The notes under the pieces: model-generated
The model's database searches: none
Seen by the model: only the letters and a program-made list of their open reading frames with translations
What the model was told of the DNA's origin: nothing
Made by a program: the position numbers and the translations under genes
Part shown: piece after piece, positions 31,398 to 44,000 of the stretch
Layout of the letters: the number at the start of each line of letters is the position of its first letter
Numbering within the stretch: the stretch's first letter is position 1
Assembly: GCA_946965045.2 (NCBI GenBank)
Contig: OX337228.1
Location: forward strand, 1,550,001 to 1,614,000
DNA from: Epithemia pelagica
Lineage: Eukaryota > Protista > Bacillariophyta
Direction: 5' to 3'
Length of the DNA stretch: 64,000 nucleotides

Positions 31398-34139
31398 CTA
31401 GTGGTGAAGAATACGATTCCAGGTACTTTGAAATCCTTGCAAAAAGGCTTCGTGATGGCAGAGATGATCCGGACGGGGCCGTCCCAGTATGGTTTCCTCC
31501 TCTTCTTCGGACATTACCGAGGGTGCCGTGGCAACCAAGAGCATTTCATCCACCACTGGATGAGTCCGGTGTGTCAGAAAACATTCCCTGTCATTGGCAA
31601 TGATACCATTGTTATTGTGGTTGTCGATGTAAGCCAATGAGGGGTCAGACGCCGCCGCCGCCAAGAGCTTGGCCTTGCGAAATCGCTTGGCCCAATCCAT
31701 AAGGGCAGATTGCAATACTGTCTGCAGGTAGCGGGCCATGGTGGTTTGTTTACAGTAAAACGTTGGTAGGTGTGGTGCACTCTTGTTGCCACTTCCATCC
31801 GTACTAGTACTACCACCACGACGTATACTACTGACAGTACATCCATCACCCCCCACTGCCGACATGGACCGAGGATCATGACTGTTGGTCCAGTCCACAA
31901 TGATATGACGCAAGACGGACCATAATCGATTGTGACCAAACCGCTCTGTCAGAGACGTACTGTATCGTAACAGTCGTACCGAAACCATACCCAATGTAGC
32001 TTGTTCTTGAAGCAACCATTGATGGTGTTGTTGGTTCTCAGAAACATCTTCCTCTAGTAGGGAACCCACGTGAGTCCAAAGAACCGTATTGGTCAGTCTC
32101 CACAGGAGGGAGGCTATTCGATATCGTGCCTGATCGTCCGAATCCTGTTGCTGATTCTCATGCTCATCCTTCTGGTTGCTGGTATCCTGATCCTCGTTGG
32201 TTTTGGTCTGGTCGTGGTCTTGGGGATAAACTGCTGGTGACGAATAGACCAGTCCATGTGCCAAGGCACGCCACAATTGAGTCAACATGCCTTTGGAATC
32301 CAAACCCTCCAAATTCCATTTTTGCAAAGGTTCCAAAACACTCACGGCGACAACCACCAGTCGAAGGGTGGAATGGACCACTTGGGGAAACGTCCAATTC
32401 GGAACAGTCTTGTGGTTCTCGTCGATGGTACGCTCGTCGTCGCTTCTACTTTCACCAGTGTTGCTGTGGTTGTCGTTATCCTTGTTTTGGAACAACGTAT
32501 CATTGTCGTTGTTGTGATGATTGTCGCTGGTGGTTTCGCTGGGTGCGACAGTCCGAGAATCTCTATCGCAACTGTATGGATTCCGAGGAAGGTTCCGTGT
32601 TCGCTGGATCGAAGAAGTGTCGTCGACCTTGTGTCGTTTGGGTGGCGATTCGGTGTACCGGGGGGCCTCGGCGACAATAGCAGTGTCCGGCATCTTCTTC
32701 TTCTTCTTGTTGCTGTTGGTATTGTTTGTCTTGTTGCAGAGAAGTTGGATCCTTTGGTTGGCGAAATGAATTTGCTCCAAAGCCATGTCTCCCGTGAGGA
32801 CGGCAAAGTCTGTAAGAAGTTCCACAAACAGGCCCAACGTACGTTCTTCTTCTTCTTGTTCATCCTCTTGTGTTTGTCGCGCGTGCCGAAACGGTTTGTT
32901 CATCCATCCATCTCTCTGCTGTTGTTGCTGTGACAACAAGACGGGCGGTTGCCATGACGACACCAAAGAGTTATTGTCGTTGGCATGACAATTGTCTGGA
33001 GAATCGCCAATCCCTTGAGAAACGGTCTTTGGAGACAGTTGGTGCAGCAGCCATTCGGGTAACGATGACCAGCGGTGAGGAGTTTCTTGATCCACAAGCA
33101 TCATACCATTGGAGGAGGGGGACGACACCACTTGATTCTCCTTATTTATGAGTGACTCCCCCGCCAAGGCACGACACGATTGCTCCACGACTTGATCAAT
33201 CAAGTGGCTCAGCAACATGTAATAGTCATGGGCACACGTCCGAGACAATGGTTCCATTCGTGCCGAATGGATGCAGTCCGGCAAGAGCCGCTGTAGCAAG
33301 AGCACGGGAATAGACTGCTGGGGTTCTTCTGGTTCAGCAGTATCAGGGAATCCTGTGGGGACGGTGGTCATGAGGAATGAGTTGCAATAGCAATGATTCA
33401 ATACCATTACAAACCATTGATTGTCATCTTGACGTTGTTCCAGCAGTAGCTGTTGCTCATGGTCGTGACTGTCTTGTGGACGACGTACTGACGTATTAGT
33501 TTGAGAACACCAGCCATTGCCGTCGGGGCGAAAGACGCCTGTAGGACTGCTACTAGTAGTGCCACTATACTCTTGCAACATTCGATACTGCAAACGTTCG
33601 ATATGCCAAAACAACACATTTGTAACTGTAGGGCCCATGACTTGATCGGGTGGACGCGTTGCCATTTCGTGGTCATTGTGACTTGAGAGGCTTGGGGGCA
33701 AGAGAACAAAACATTTGCTTGCTTCGTTCAAGATTGCTTGACATAGATCAAGGTCGAGGAAACGTAGCGTGTCATGTGAACTGGGAGTCTGTTTGGTGGG
33801 AAGACGACAAAAGAGGATCCACAGGGAGTGTAGAATCATGGCATTGTCTCGCGGAGTTAGTAGTGGTTGACCTGTACTCAAGAGGGTCAGGAGGGGTGAG
33901 AAAATTCCTTGCAGTTTACGCAACGTCGTTTTCAGTTCTCCCAAGGATGATACAGACAAACAAGGCGTCGACGATCGATCGGGATGAATGCTTCGATCCA
34001 CTGCGGGATTAGCTGCTTCGGAGCTGTGTAGTCCCGCCGCTGTGATACCCACATTGTCATCCGCATTGATCAAAACCCGATCAAACCAATGAACCACGTC
34101 AAAGGTCAAGGTCTCCAATTCCGAGGCAATGGATTCCAT
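31398..34139 (-). CDS. Hypothetical protein (913 aa), helical blocks separated by low-complexity linkers
   Basis: Long uninterrupted ORF with ATG start; no family recognised. Confidence 0.75.
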   Translation of the reverse strand: MESIASELETLTFDVVHWFDRVLINADDNVGITAAGLHSSEAANPAVDRSIHPDRSSTPCLSVSSLGELKTTLRKLQGIFSPLLTLLSTGQPLLTPRDNAMILHSLWILFCRLPTKQTPSSHDTLRFLDLDLCQAILNEASKCFVLLPPSLSSHNDHEMATRPPDQVMGPTVTNVLFWHIERLQYRMLQEYSGTTSSSPTGVFRPDGNGWCSQTNTSVRRPQDSHDHEQQLLLEQRQDDNQWFVMVLNHCYCNSFLMTTVPTGFPDTAEPEEPQQSIPVLLLQRLLPDCIHSARMEPLSRTCAHDYYMLLSHLIDQVVEQSCRALAGESLINKENQVVSSPSSNGMMLVDQETPHRWSSLPEWLLHQLSPKTVSQGIGDSPDNCHANDNNSLVSSWQPPVLLSQQQQQRDGWMNKPFRHARQTQEDEQEEEERTLGLFVELLTDFAVLTGDMALEQIHFANQRIQLLCNKTNNTNSNKKKKKMPDTAIVAEAPRYTESPPKRHKVDDTSSIQRTRNLPRNPYSCDRDSRTVAPSETTSDNHHNNDNDTLFQNKDNDNHSNTGESRSDDERTIDENHKTVPNWTFPQVVHSTLRLVVVAVSVLEPLQKWNLEGLDSKGMLTQLWRALAHGLVYSSPAVYPQDHDQTKTNEDQDTSNQKDEHENQQQDSDDQARYRIASLLWRLTNTVLWTHVGSLLEEDVSENQQHHQWLLQEQATLGMVSVRLLRYSTSLTERFGHNRLWSVLRHIIVDWTNSHDPRSMSAVGGDGCTVSSIRRGGSTSTDGSGNKSAPHLPTFYCKQTTMARYLQTVLQSALMDWAKRFRKAKLLAAAASDPSLAYIDNHNNNGIIANDRECFLTHRTHPVVDEMLLVATAPSVMSEEEEETILGRPRPDHLCHHEAFLQGFQSTWNRILHH

Positions 34140-34213
34140 TCTTTTTAGCCATCAAAGTAAATCAACTGAACGATCCCCCTGTTGGATTTTGGATCGTTTT
34201 GTTGCTAGAGAGA

Positions 34214-34273
34214 GCGCGAAATCTCTCGAAGAATGGCAGACGTCGGCCATAGAAGAGACCCGCGATTTCGCGC
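34214..34273. promoter_or_regulatory. Two E2F-like TTTCGCGC motifs in opposite orientation
   Basis: gcgcgaaa 34214-34221 and tttcgcgc 34266-34273, 75-135 bp upstream of the 34139 start; both match the TTTSSCGC consensus. Confidence 0.35.
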
Positions 34274-34663
34274 GCAGGCCCATGTACTTGTGTGCGACTG
34301 CTCATGGCAGGTACATACGTATGAATTCGTGTATCCCGCCGTCACCGTCATGTTCACACACATCATACTGACTGTAAGAATAATTTCAGAAGAGACGTCC
34401 TATTCCTGTTGTGGTTGGCTGAAAGGCTATCCAAGATCCAAGGGGTTCTCAAATTCTATATGCGCAGAACAGCGTGCAAAAAACATGGATCTGAGACTAT
34501 GGGAGTCTAGATGTCCTCATGGTGTCGAACGTGCTGTCAAAGGTCAAATTTCTGGTTCCAAACACGAACTCGCGGAGAATTGCTAGAACTTTGGATGCGA
34601 ACTATGCGAACGGACCACAATGGAATTAATCAACCACCTGTAACAACTGAGTAACAAGTGAAG

Positions 34664-35852
34664 ATGCCGACCATGGAAAACGAAAGCAATGGTGAAGAAG
34701 ACGACCTGACGGCATACTACACCAGACAGGTGCGTCCAGACTTGCCAATAGGGGATGGCACCGCTCTTGCTGCTGCTCGAACCGCATCAAACGAGGACGA
34801 GAATGTTCATACAGACGGACACCACTACGCATTCGCGAAGCAATTCCATCAGCTACAGAGCCATCCAGCTGGCTCGTCATCTACGGGGATCCCGCCCCCA
34901 ATTCTTGCGGCAAGCAGCAACACTATCGAACAAGGAGAGGAGGATAAAAAGCTTCCTGCTGCCGCACCGTCTTCGGATACAGCACTACCACCATCTGGAC
35001 CACTGTCGGAGCAGTTGCCCCACAAAAATGTTTCTTTGTCTTCTGATACTGCTACTAGATCCCAAGACACGGTTCTAATGCTACCACCTACTTCTACAGG
35101 TACACCTCTATCCATGGGGGTCAGAATAGATCCCGGTCAATCAGCTGCCGTCCAAGCGGCCGAGGTAAGCTGCAAGCATATAGAAGATCTCTCTTTTCAG
35201 CAGGTTTGAATCCCACCCTCATTTCAAACCGTGCAATATTCGCGGTATCCTGTTTCAACTTCAACTTTTGATTTCATTGGTTCTCCTTCTTGGTATCCAG
35301 GATCGATATCGGTCTCGTCTTCGTAGGATCGTTGAAACTGATGAGTTTCGGGAGATCCGAGAGCAGGTCAGTCCTCAGTTTGTCGTCCGAACCATGATAC
35401 TTTTTCAGAACGTACTCTGGTGTTGTATTTTGGTTTTCCACAAAGGCAATGAAACAATGAGAGTAGCGATGTTCTCGTCCCCCAACTATTGCTTCTCGTG
35501 GACTACTACTCTCTATAGGATCATAAGTCTCTGTAATCTTTCTAACGTTGTGCGCTTTGATTTTAATTCACTCCAGGATCGTTACCTCCCGTTTCACAAT
35601 ATTGAAAAGATCATGAAGAAAACGCCGACCTTGCCACCCAAGGCCAAAATCTCAAAGGAATCGGTCAAAATGATGCAAGAAGTCATCTCCGAGTTCATCT
35701 CCTTCCTCACATCAGAAGCTCATGAACAATGCACAGAAAACAACCGCAAGACGATCAATGCACATGAGCTGTTATGGGCCATGTCCAAACTGGGTTTTGA
35801 GCGATATGTGGGGCCCCTCAAGGAGTATATGGACAAGTACAACAACGGATAG
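34664..35852 (+). CDS. NFYB: NF-YB/HAP3-like histone-fold transcription factor with N-terminal extension, 3 exons
   Basis: Exons 34664-35164, 35301-35366, 35577-35852. EIREQDRYLPFHNIEKIMKK...KAKISKESVKMMQEVISEFISFLTSEAHEQC...RKTINAHELLWAMSKLGFERYVGPLKEYM. Confidence 0.88.
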
Positions 35853-36249
35853 ACAAGATGAGACAATCCGTCGAAAGTCGAAAGTGGAGTGATTTCGTTT
35901 TGGGACTACTATGCGTTTACCGAGATGGATTGCAAACATTGCTGTAATGACCTTTTTTCTTCTTATACATGATGGGGATGGTGTTGGCAAGTTCAGTTTT
36001 AGAGTATCATGATTAATGATTACGTTTTGGTCGAACCTTTCGCTTCTCCCTCTAGGTAGCCACAAAAAATGTTTGAGAGAAAAAGAGTAAATGCGACCAA
36101 ATAATGTCAATAGCTGGAGCCTAGCTATCTCCCTTCTATCATCATAGCAGTAGGAGTAGTTGAGAGTTGAGGTGACGTTATAGAAAGTATATAGACGATC
36201 TACTCCTATGATTCAAAGGAGTACGAGTACAAGGAAGGGAGAGAACAGC

Positions 36250-37819
36250 CTATTGGAACATGGTCCATTCTCGTTTTTCGGTGGCTATTCTGACATTGGT
36301 GGAATATTCGACGGGTCGAACTTTGGATTCTGTCAACCGCTTGAGTAAAGTTCCTCCCAGAGTTTCAACTGGCGATCCAAAGCCATCGACACTTCTTGGC
36401 GGAAGCTGTTCTCGGTCCAGTAGTAGACAAAGAGCTGCTTCGGAAACACATTGCGACGTAACCCAGTTGGCAGGGTCTCCCTTGAACTTCAAGAAAGAGT
36501 TTCCCTTGTTTACCTTGTCCATGGCGGCAGCTGCAATAGCAACTGGTTTGCTTTGCACTTCTGCATAGATTTCGACGTACCCATCTTGGCAAGCTTCATC
36601 CGACATGCCTGATCCAACGGGGAAGATGGCATGACAAACCATTGGTCCAAGGAATGGAAGTTTGATAATGAGCACACAAAGTAGCAAGACCAATTCGGTG
36701 AGTATGACAGCAATGACTGAAAAGGCCTTCAAGTGAATCGAACCTCTAAAGCCGACGGGTAGATGGCGTTCATTATACACAAAGGTATCGGGGTTACCAT
36801 ATTTGAGCGATAGCGCAGATTCATGAACGACCTTAGCGTTTACCACCGCCATTAGATATGGACCGGAGGCACCACCCATGAGAAAGGTATGAAAGATGGG
36901 GAGGAGATTCCTCCATTCCGCCATGGCTAAACGGTTACGTGTGGCCGTCATACCAGGATCGGCTTGAACGGATGGATGTGTGAGCGCCAACGGATCATTA
37001 ACCAAGAAAGGAACCCATCGAAGGATGCACTTCCAAAATCTGACAGGGATTCCCTCTACAGTGTGGACCGTACCAGCATTGAGAAACCCGTGAGCGGCGA
37101 TCCAATTTGTGGCCTTATCCACCTGTGTCTCCTTTCCTGCCTTGTTCCTCAAAGCCTCCACCGCTGCGAACACAGCAACATCGCTTGGAATCGAATCAAA
37201 GCCACAGAACGATACGATTCGCGAACCTGACTTCTTGGAAGCTTCACTATGTTTTTGTCTCATCTCACTTGCCCATTCTACCTGTCACAGAGAAGGTGCG
37301 AAAACCAAAACAAGCAACTCCTATGAGAACACATCACACACCAGGAGTTGGAAATAATGCTGTTTGCCAACTTACCTCACCAGTAATATCAACGTAATCG
37401 GTTCCCAATTCCGCACACGCTGCCACAACTTCGGTGCTGTACTTACTAAAAGGACCAGCGCAGCTAAGAATCACTTTGGTTCGAGCCACCATGGCGCGAA
37501 TATTGTCGACCTCCGATGCCTCGGCCACAAAGACATCGAATTCTGCACCACGACAGCCAGGAGAAGAGCTGTTTTGTAGGAGGATCAACTTTTTCATAGT
37601 CTCTGATAGCTTGTACCTCAATGCCTTGAGCTTCGATTCGTTACGACCCGCCAACGTGATTTTCAGTGCGCGAGACGATGACGACGAAAGTACGTGAACA
37701 CTGGAACGCAACAGGTACGATAGAACATGTTTGGCCGTAAAGCTCGTCGCACCGTATACAGTTACATCCGTAACAGGAGACTTCGCTGTTGTTGCTGTGG
37801 CAGTGGCATTGGATGACAT
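36250..37819 (-). CDS. Saccharopine dehydrogenase-like oxidoreductase (SCCPDH / trans-acting enoyl reductase family), 2 exons
   Basis: Exons 37819-37376 and 37281-36250. VYGATSFTA, LAGRNESKL, CAGPF, GTDYVDITGE, FCGFDSIPSD, GDPANWVTSQCVSEAALCL. Confidence 0.9.
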
Positions 37820-38069
37820 GATGTTAAGAGCAAATAAATAATGCGTACAAGAAATCGGAATCAGCAATACGAGTAGACTTTTGTGATTGTGATGTGTTGA
37901 TTGTTGCGATGATCTGCGCGAAGCGCGTCAGTCACGCGGTCCTTAGAATTAGCTAGGGAGACTACCTACCTTCTCCTAATCCTCCATATCTACACTACCT
38001 GCCAGAGTCTCTCTACTCGAGGACTAGCTTCGTTAACTCCTAAAGCAGAAGTATGCTCTTCCTACATAT

Positions 38070-41000
38070 TTACACGTCGATGTCATCTTCAAAATCCCAG
38101 CCGCTATCGTCGCTATCAACGTCAGCTAGACCGTCATTCATGTTCATGGGGGAAGAATTCTTTGGTCCATCGTTGTCCATTCCTGCTGGGCCCCGTGTAG
38201 AAGACGTCCTGGATGATTGTGATCCTGGATGTATTCCAGCTACCTTCCGGGGGAGAGAGCCCGCGAACAATGGTTTGGGCGTCTTCCCGGTGATGGGGAG
38301 AGCTTCCGTGGGTCCTTGATTTGTTATCCCGGCTACCTGAACACTGGATAGCGTTCCCGTAGCTTGTTTCTCCCATGATCCCTTCAAAACGGCTTCTTTG
38401 TCAATAGATGTAACTCTTGCTTCGTTCGGAGCTTTGGAATCCGTCGCAGACACGGATTCATTTCCGGTTTTGACAGATGTGGGTGCATCAGCACGGGCCC
38501 GAACAAGATATGCCCGGCCCTGTTCAATCAATCTCCGTCTTTCGCTTTTCTGTGGACTGTCACCACCTTTGGTTTTGTGTAAGAATTGTTGTCCACGCTG
38601 CCGGAACGAATTTCTCTCAGCGGGTGACAACTTTATAGGAGAAACCCTTTTCAAGGTCTCTGAAATGGAGCTTCCAAGATATTTACCCACAAGACTCTCT
38701 CCATTTCCCCCGTATGCTACAAGCGGCCCATCATCCTCTTCTAAATGTGTCATAGGAGGGTCACGACGAGTTGAGGTTGACGATTTTACTGGAGAAGGCT
38801 TATCTTGTGCACTTTGACTGGTTTGCGAGGTCAAAGTAGTCTGGGGCTGGTTTTCCGCATATGGTTCTCCTGCACCATTTTCCTTCTCTTCATCAACTCG
38901 CCCAAAGTCGGTGGAAATAGGGTGAGGACGGCGTCCTCCAGGACGCTTCGGTTTCTCTGACCTTTCACCTCTAGGAATAGATATGACTTGGGCTGATTGC
39001 TGGTTGAGCGTTGTGTGTTTGTCATCCTTTTCTGAGACTTCATGGTGGGGGCGACGGCCAGCACGACGATTGCTTCGCGTGGACGTCTGCTCAGGGCCGC
39101 GCTGCGGGGCACTGTGGGAATTCTCGTCGTTGGGTCCCAATTCTTCCGATTCATTTGAGTGGCCGTGAACATGCCGAATGGCTCCTCTCGCAACAGCAAG
39201 CTGAGTACTGTCTGCAGTGTCGACGCGTACCAAACCTCTGTGGGATCCATCATCAGACTGTTTACAATGTGGCGACTGCTGCTCCTCTATGTAGTGAGAT
39301 TGATGCACGGTATTGAGGGGGGCACCTCTTGCAACCGCAAGTTCCGTACTGTCGGCTGTGTCAACACGTTTCAAACCTCGATGGGGTTCAGGAGAAGTAT
39401 GATTGGCACCTTCAATGCTTGTTCCAATGACCGGGTGCTCTGGACCTAGATGTGGCCGATGAATATCCAGTTGGACGGATTCAGTCTGGTGGATGGCATG
39501 GCGGGGTGTGCCTCGCGCAATCGCAAGCTCTGTGCTGTCCATCGTATCAACACGAACTACACCTCTCGGAGGAACGTCTTTCCCCTGGTGCTGAGGGTGC
39601 TGAGTTATGGGGTTCTCTGCAGCTGTGTGTGCAACGAGAGGCCTTTCACGACGATGAGTGCCTCTCATGGCGGCAATTTCTGTGCTATCACTTGTTTCCA
39701 GACGCATCAAGCCTCTCGGTGAAACCATTCGAAAAACATCTGTCACCTTTTCCCCCCTCATTCCTTTACGGGGAATGTCACCATCAAGGTCAGTTTCCAC
39801 ATTAGTATTGTTCATGACGTGCTGATGATTGCTATGAAGTGTGAAGTCGCTCGTATCAACTTGAACTGGCGCGACACCATTCTTAAGAAGCTTATGAAAC
39901 AAATTCAAATTTGACAAAGGAGTCTTCTTTTTTGGCTTCTTCAAAATAACGATTGGATCATTGAAGTCGGGTTCCGACGCATGCTTCACGGCCCAGAGAA
40001 GTGCTTCGTTGAAACTTGCATTGGGGCAATTGGTCGCCGCGCGAACAGATGCATTTCTGCTATATCCACGCTGCTGCAAACGATTCACAATATCTTCATC
40101 GACACGGTCCACTTGTTGTTGGTCAGGATCATCATTATTCTGTAATTCAGGTTCAATAATCTTGAGCATCTCATTTATTACACTCTTCCGTGTATCTTCA
40201 TTGCCTATTTGCATCATAAGCGAGAGGCAGAACCGTCCAAGAGAAGACAGTTCGTCGTCTCTAACCGATGACATGGCATCCGAATCGAGTGCTCCAGACG
40301 CGTAAATTGAAACAATATAACGAGAGATTGATACCAACAAATCATCATCCAGTCTATTTTCACCTCCATGCCGAGATAAAGCGTCCAAGAGCTTCACGAT
40401 GTCGACAGAATGGTGCGAAAGAATGCTGTTTCGAAGCGACCGAAGCTCGGACTCTCTGTCCACAGATAGAAAGGAGCTATATTCAGTCGAGGCCCAGGCA
40501 TCGAAGATTTGTTCATACTCGCGCGATATCTTAACTGAACCCTCCTTCCAAGGAAACGAGAGCACTATACCGCAGAGCTCTCTCTTTGTAGTGAAATCCT
40601 CATAGTCGCTACAGCGTACAATTGACGAGATTTCATGGACAACGGTCTTTTCTGAAGCCACGTCCTTATTGTTGGACCACATAAGGTCACTCAGAAGCAG
40701 ATTTCTACAGAGTGCGGCGCTTGCACCGTGAAATCCGGCCTTTGATGCATGCGCTGCCACCCTGCATTTCACAGCCACAACTTCTTTCTCATGCACCAGA
40801 CCAAGAAATTCGGCCAACTGAAATACTGCTTGGCCTGGAAGTCGGGGCAGGTGTGAATTATCTTCACCTCGATTCGCTTGGTTTTCGTGTTCGTCCATGG
40901 TTATCTCACGGATGGCATTGTTCAGAATCGCTGCCGACAGAGGATCAGCCCACTCATCACTTTCAAAAACCACGCTTTCAGGACAATCATTGAGCAAAAG

Positions 41001-44000
41001 TTCAATGATTTCAAGCGCATCACCCTCCTTGACATCGGAAACGGTGAATATGGGTCGACTTCTGAAGGGGAAGTTGTTCAGGCACTCAGCGCTGTCCACA
41101 TAGCCTTGGATTTTGTTGAAATGGGATTCTAGATGGGGAAAGAATTTTCCTAGTGCATCCCAGCAAGCCGCAATTGCTTGAATGTCTGGTTCCCGTTCTC
41201 TGCTTGAATCTATGTGATCATCAGTGAATGATATAATTGCTTGGGATGCCAGTGATTCATCGTACAAGCCTTTACCGACGTTAGCCAGGGTGGCCAGAAC
41301 ACTCATTTTGCCGGCTTTCATCAATGGTATGAAAAGCTTTCGAGTGACAACCCCGGAAGCATCGACCGAGCTCGATGGAAAGAATCCTATTAGCTGCTGA
41401 ATATCGGATATCAGTGAGTGAAGCAGTTCGGAGGTCGCAACGTGATCTGGCAACGGCGTCATTATCTGAGTGCAGAAGGAAGAACAGAGGGAAGAAACTA
41501 CCTTCTCTGTGACATTGGTATCTTTATCATCAGTCAAAGACCGAAGACAAGCAATTTGAGCGTCTTGAGCCTGCCATGCGATGGAGATTTCGAGGGCAGC
41601 CAATATGTGTCTCAGCTCATTAGCCAGTAAAGTGTCTTTTTCGTACTCCTCGGAATGATACATAGTTTCGTCGTCTCCTGTTGCAATCTCAATAGGAAGC
41701 GACTCGTAGAGGCTCCAAAGAATATCGATCACGTTACTGAGATGCGTTTTCTCGAGATCCACACTTTGAATCAACAGGCGGAAAACTGTTCGTACAACGC
41801 CCACGACAAACTCAACTAAAAGGTGCTTTTCAGTAATCATGCGATCCTGGATATGCAGCGATGTGCGGCTCAAAAAGGCAAAGGCACCACATAAATTCAA
41901 GCAAGGCATGAGCTCCCATTCGACTGTTCGACCGTCATTTGAAGAAGTCGAGGGGCGGACCGATTCCATCTTATCCAAACAATAGGACACGATAGCGTTC
42001 CCCGCTGGTTGTTGTTTCTCCCCATTCATGTTCGCACAAGCGGAGAGTATTAAAGGACGAATAGAATCCAAAACGTTAAGCATATCATGCATTGTGAGGC
42101 CTCCCTTGAGTGTAATAGAACAAAGTGAAGCTAAATCGTTTCGGTCACTGAGTGAATCGGCAGACAAGATCAGCAGATTGGTCGGTAGCAGTTTCTCAAC
42201 ATCACCAGACAACTGTTGGCTGTTTAGCATACCACGCAGTATTTGTAGGCGTTCATGTACCGCCACTAAGGTCTCCGTTCCCGTGGACGGATGTGGATTG
42301 TCGCCAAGGTCTCTTGCAAGAGCCATTAATGCGACGCGCGAAAAATCAATAGCGTACTCAACACCACCAGTAAAGAGATGAATGCAGCGAGTTCGTGATA
42401 TGCACGCCTGCTCCAAGGAAGCATTCCACGCCGTGATATCCATCCACTGGATACACTCGTGGATTGAATCCATCACCGTTTTCTTATCATGGTCATCCAG
42501 TACAACCTGTAACCCGAGCATATGGAGCAAGAAGCCAGGCAAGTTTTCAAACTCCACGAAATCCATATCAGGCAAGGGTCCCTCGTTCCGTTCTGTCTGT
42601 TTTGGTGTCAGAAACCACAAAGTTGGTCCAACCTCCTCTTGAAGCCGCACGACAGGTAAGCAATGCTCATAATCCGAAACAGGCAGAGTTGGTGGAATTT
42701 GCTGCAACCAGTCCAACGAATTGATCAAAGGTCCCCAATGCCGAAACAATAAAAGGGAAAGACCCGTCATGTTGCCAGCTTCGGCCAATTGACCGGCCAG
42801 CGTCTCAACCGAAAAGTTTGGCACAAAACTGGAAAAGAAATGAATGGACGATAGGCGATCACTTTCTTCAGTGTGTTCTTGCTCCTTTACTCCGTCGCTG
42901 TGATCGCCGACAAGACGACCAAGGAGACGATATGTTCCAAGAAGTATCAAGAGTGAACGGATGTGGGACAAGTCCTCTTGTTCTTTCTCAGAACAAGGAG
43001 TTCTCTGTTCCAATCGTTCCAAGCCCAATTGCAAAATGGATAAAACCTCTTCCAGGGAGAGCGGTGGTGATTCCCTCATGGACGCTTCTGTTCTTCCACA
43101 CACATGCAAGACTTGCTCAACCACAAACGTATCGTCCCTCACCGACTGCAACGCCTTGAACTTTCCTTCCTGCAGCCATTGTTGCTGGTGAATACGATCC
43201 GTGATTTGTACAAGTCGCGATGATTGTGTTTCATCGCTAGCATGTTGGTCACGAGAGTCCCACAATCGTCGGGCCGCTTCCAAGGCCTCGTTCCATTTTC
43301 CTTGTTGTTCCAAGGTTTCGACAATGTCGACAGGACTTTGTTTTTGAAGGCCTGCGACACCCAGGCCCATGGAATCCTGAAATACCAACTGCAAGTGTTC
43401 CAAACCATTATTAGCCTTGTTGCTGTGAAACCAGCATTGAAAGGGCACCGACAGCCCCAGTGGAAGGGACAGCGGTGAAGAGTGATTGTCCAAAAGATGT
43501 TCCAATGAACAAAAGACGACATGAGTTTGAGTGGCCACCGCCAAGACAGGTCGAATGGCCATGTCATTGTCGTCATCATTGGCTAGAAGGTTCGTAGAGA
43601 CCACTTGCACGGCCTGAACTCGGCAGGGTGTGGAGGAGTTCGTTGCACGACACAATACATGTTGCATTTGTGCTCGATCGACCAAAGTGGTGGTTGTAAC
43701 CTCTTGTTCGTTCCCCTCGAGGACCAATGAGGTACAATCCATCAATGTAATACCTCCCTGAGCGTCTTGCAAAATCAACAAGTAATCATTCATGGAAGTT
43801 GTTGTATCTGAGGAGCTGGAACCACGGCAGGCTTGCATATCCACAATGGGCATAGGTACGGTCAATGTGGTTGGTACCGCTGTCGTGTCATTGTCAGTCA
43901 ACGTTTCTTCCTCTGGTGGCTCTTCTTGTTCATGTTCTTCTTTTTCGTCTGTGGAAATCTGCATCTCCATGCCGCTACTCCTTCCAGTTGGTAGGATGAG

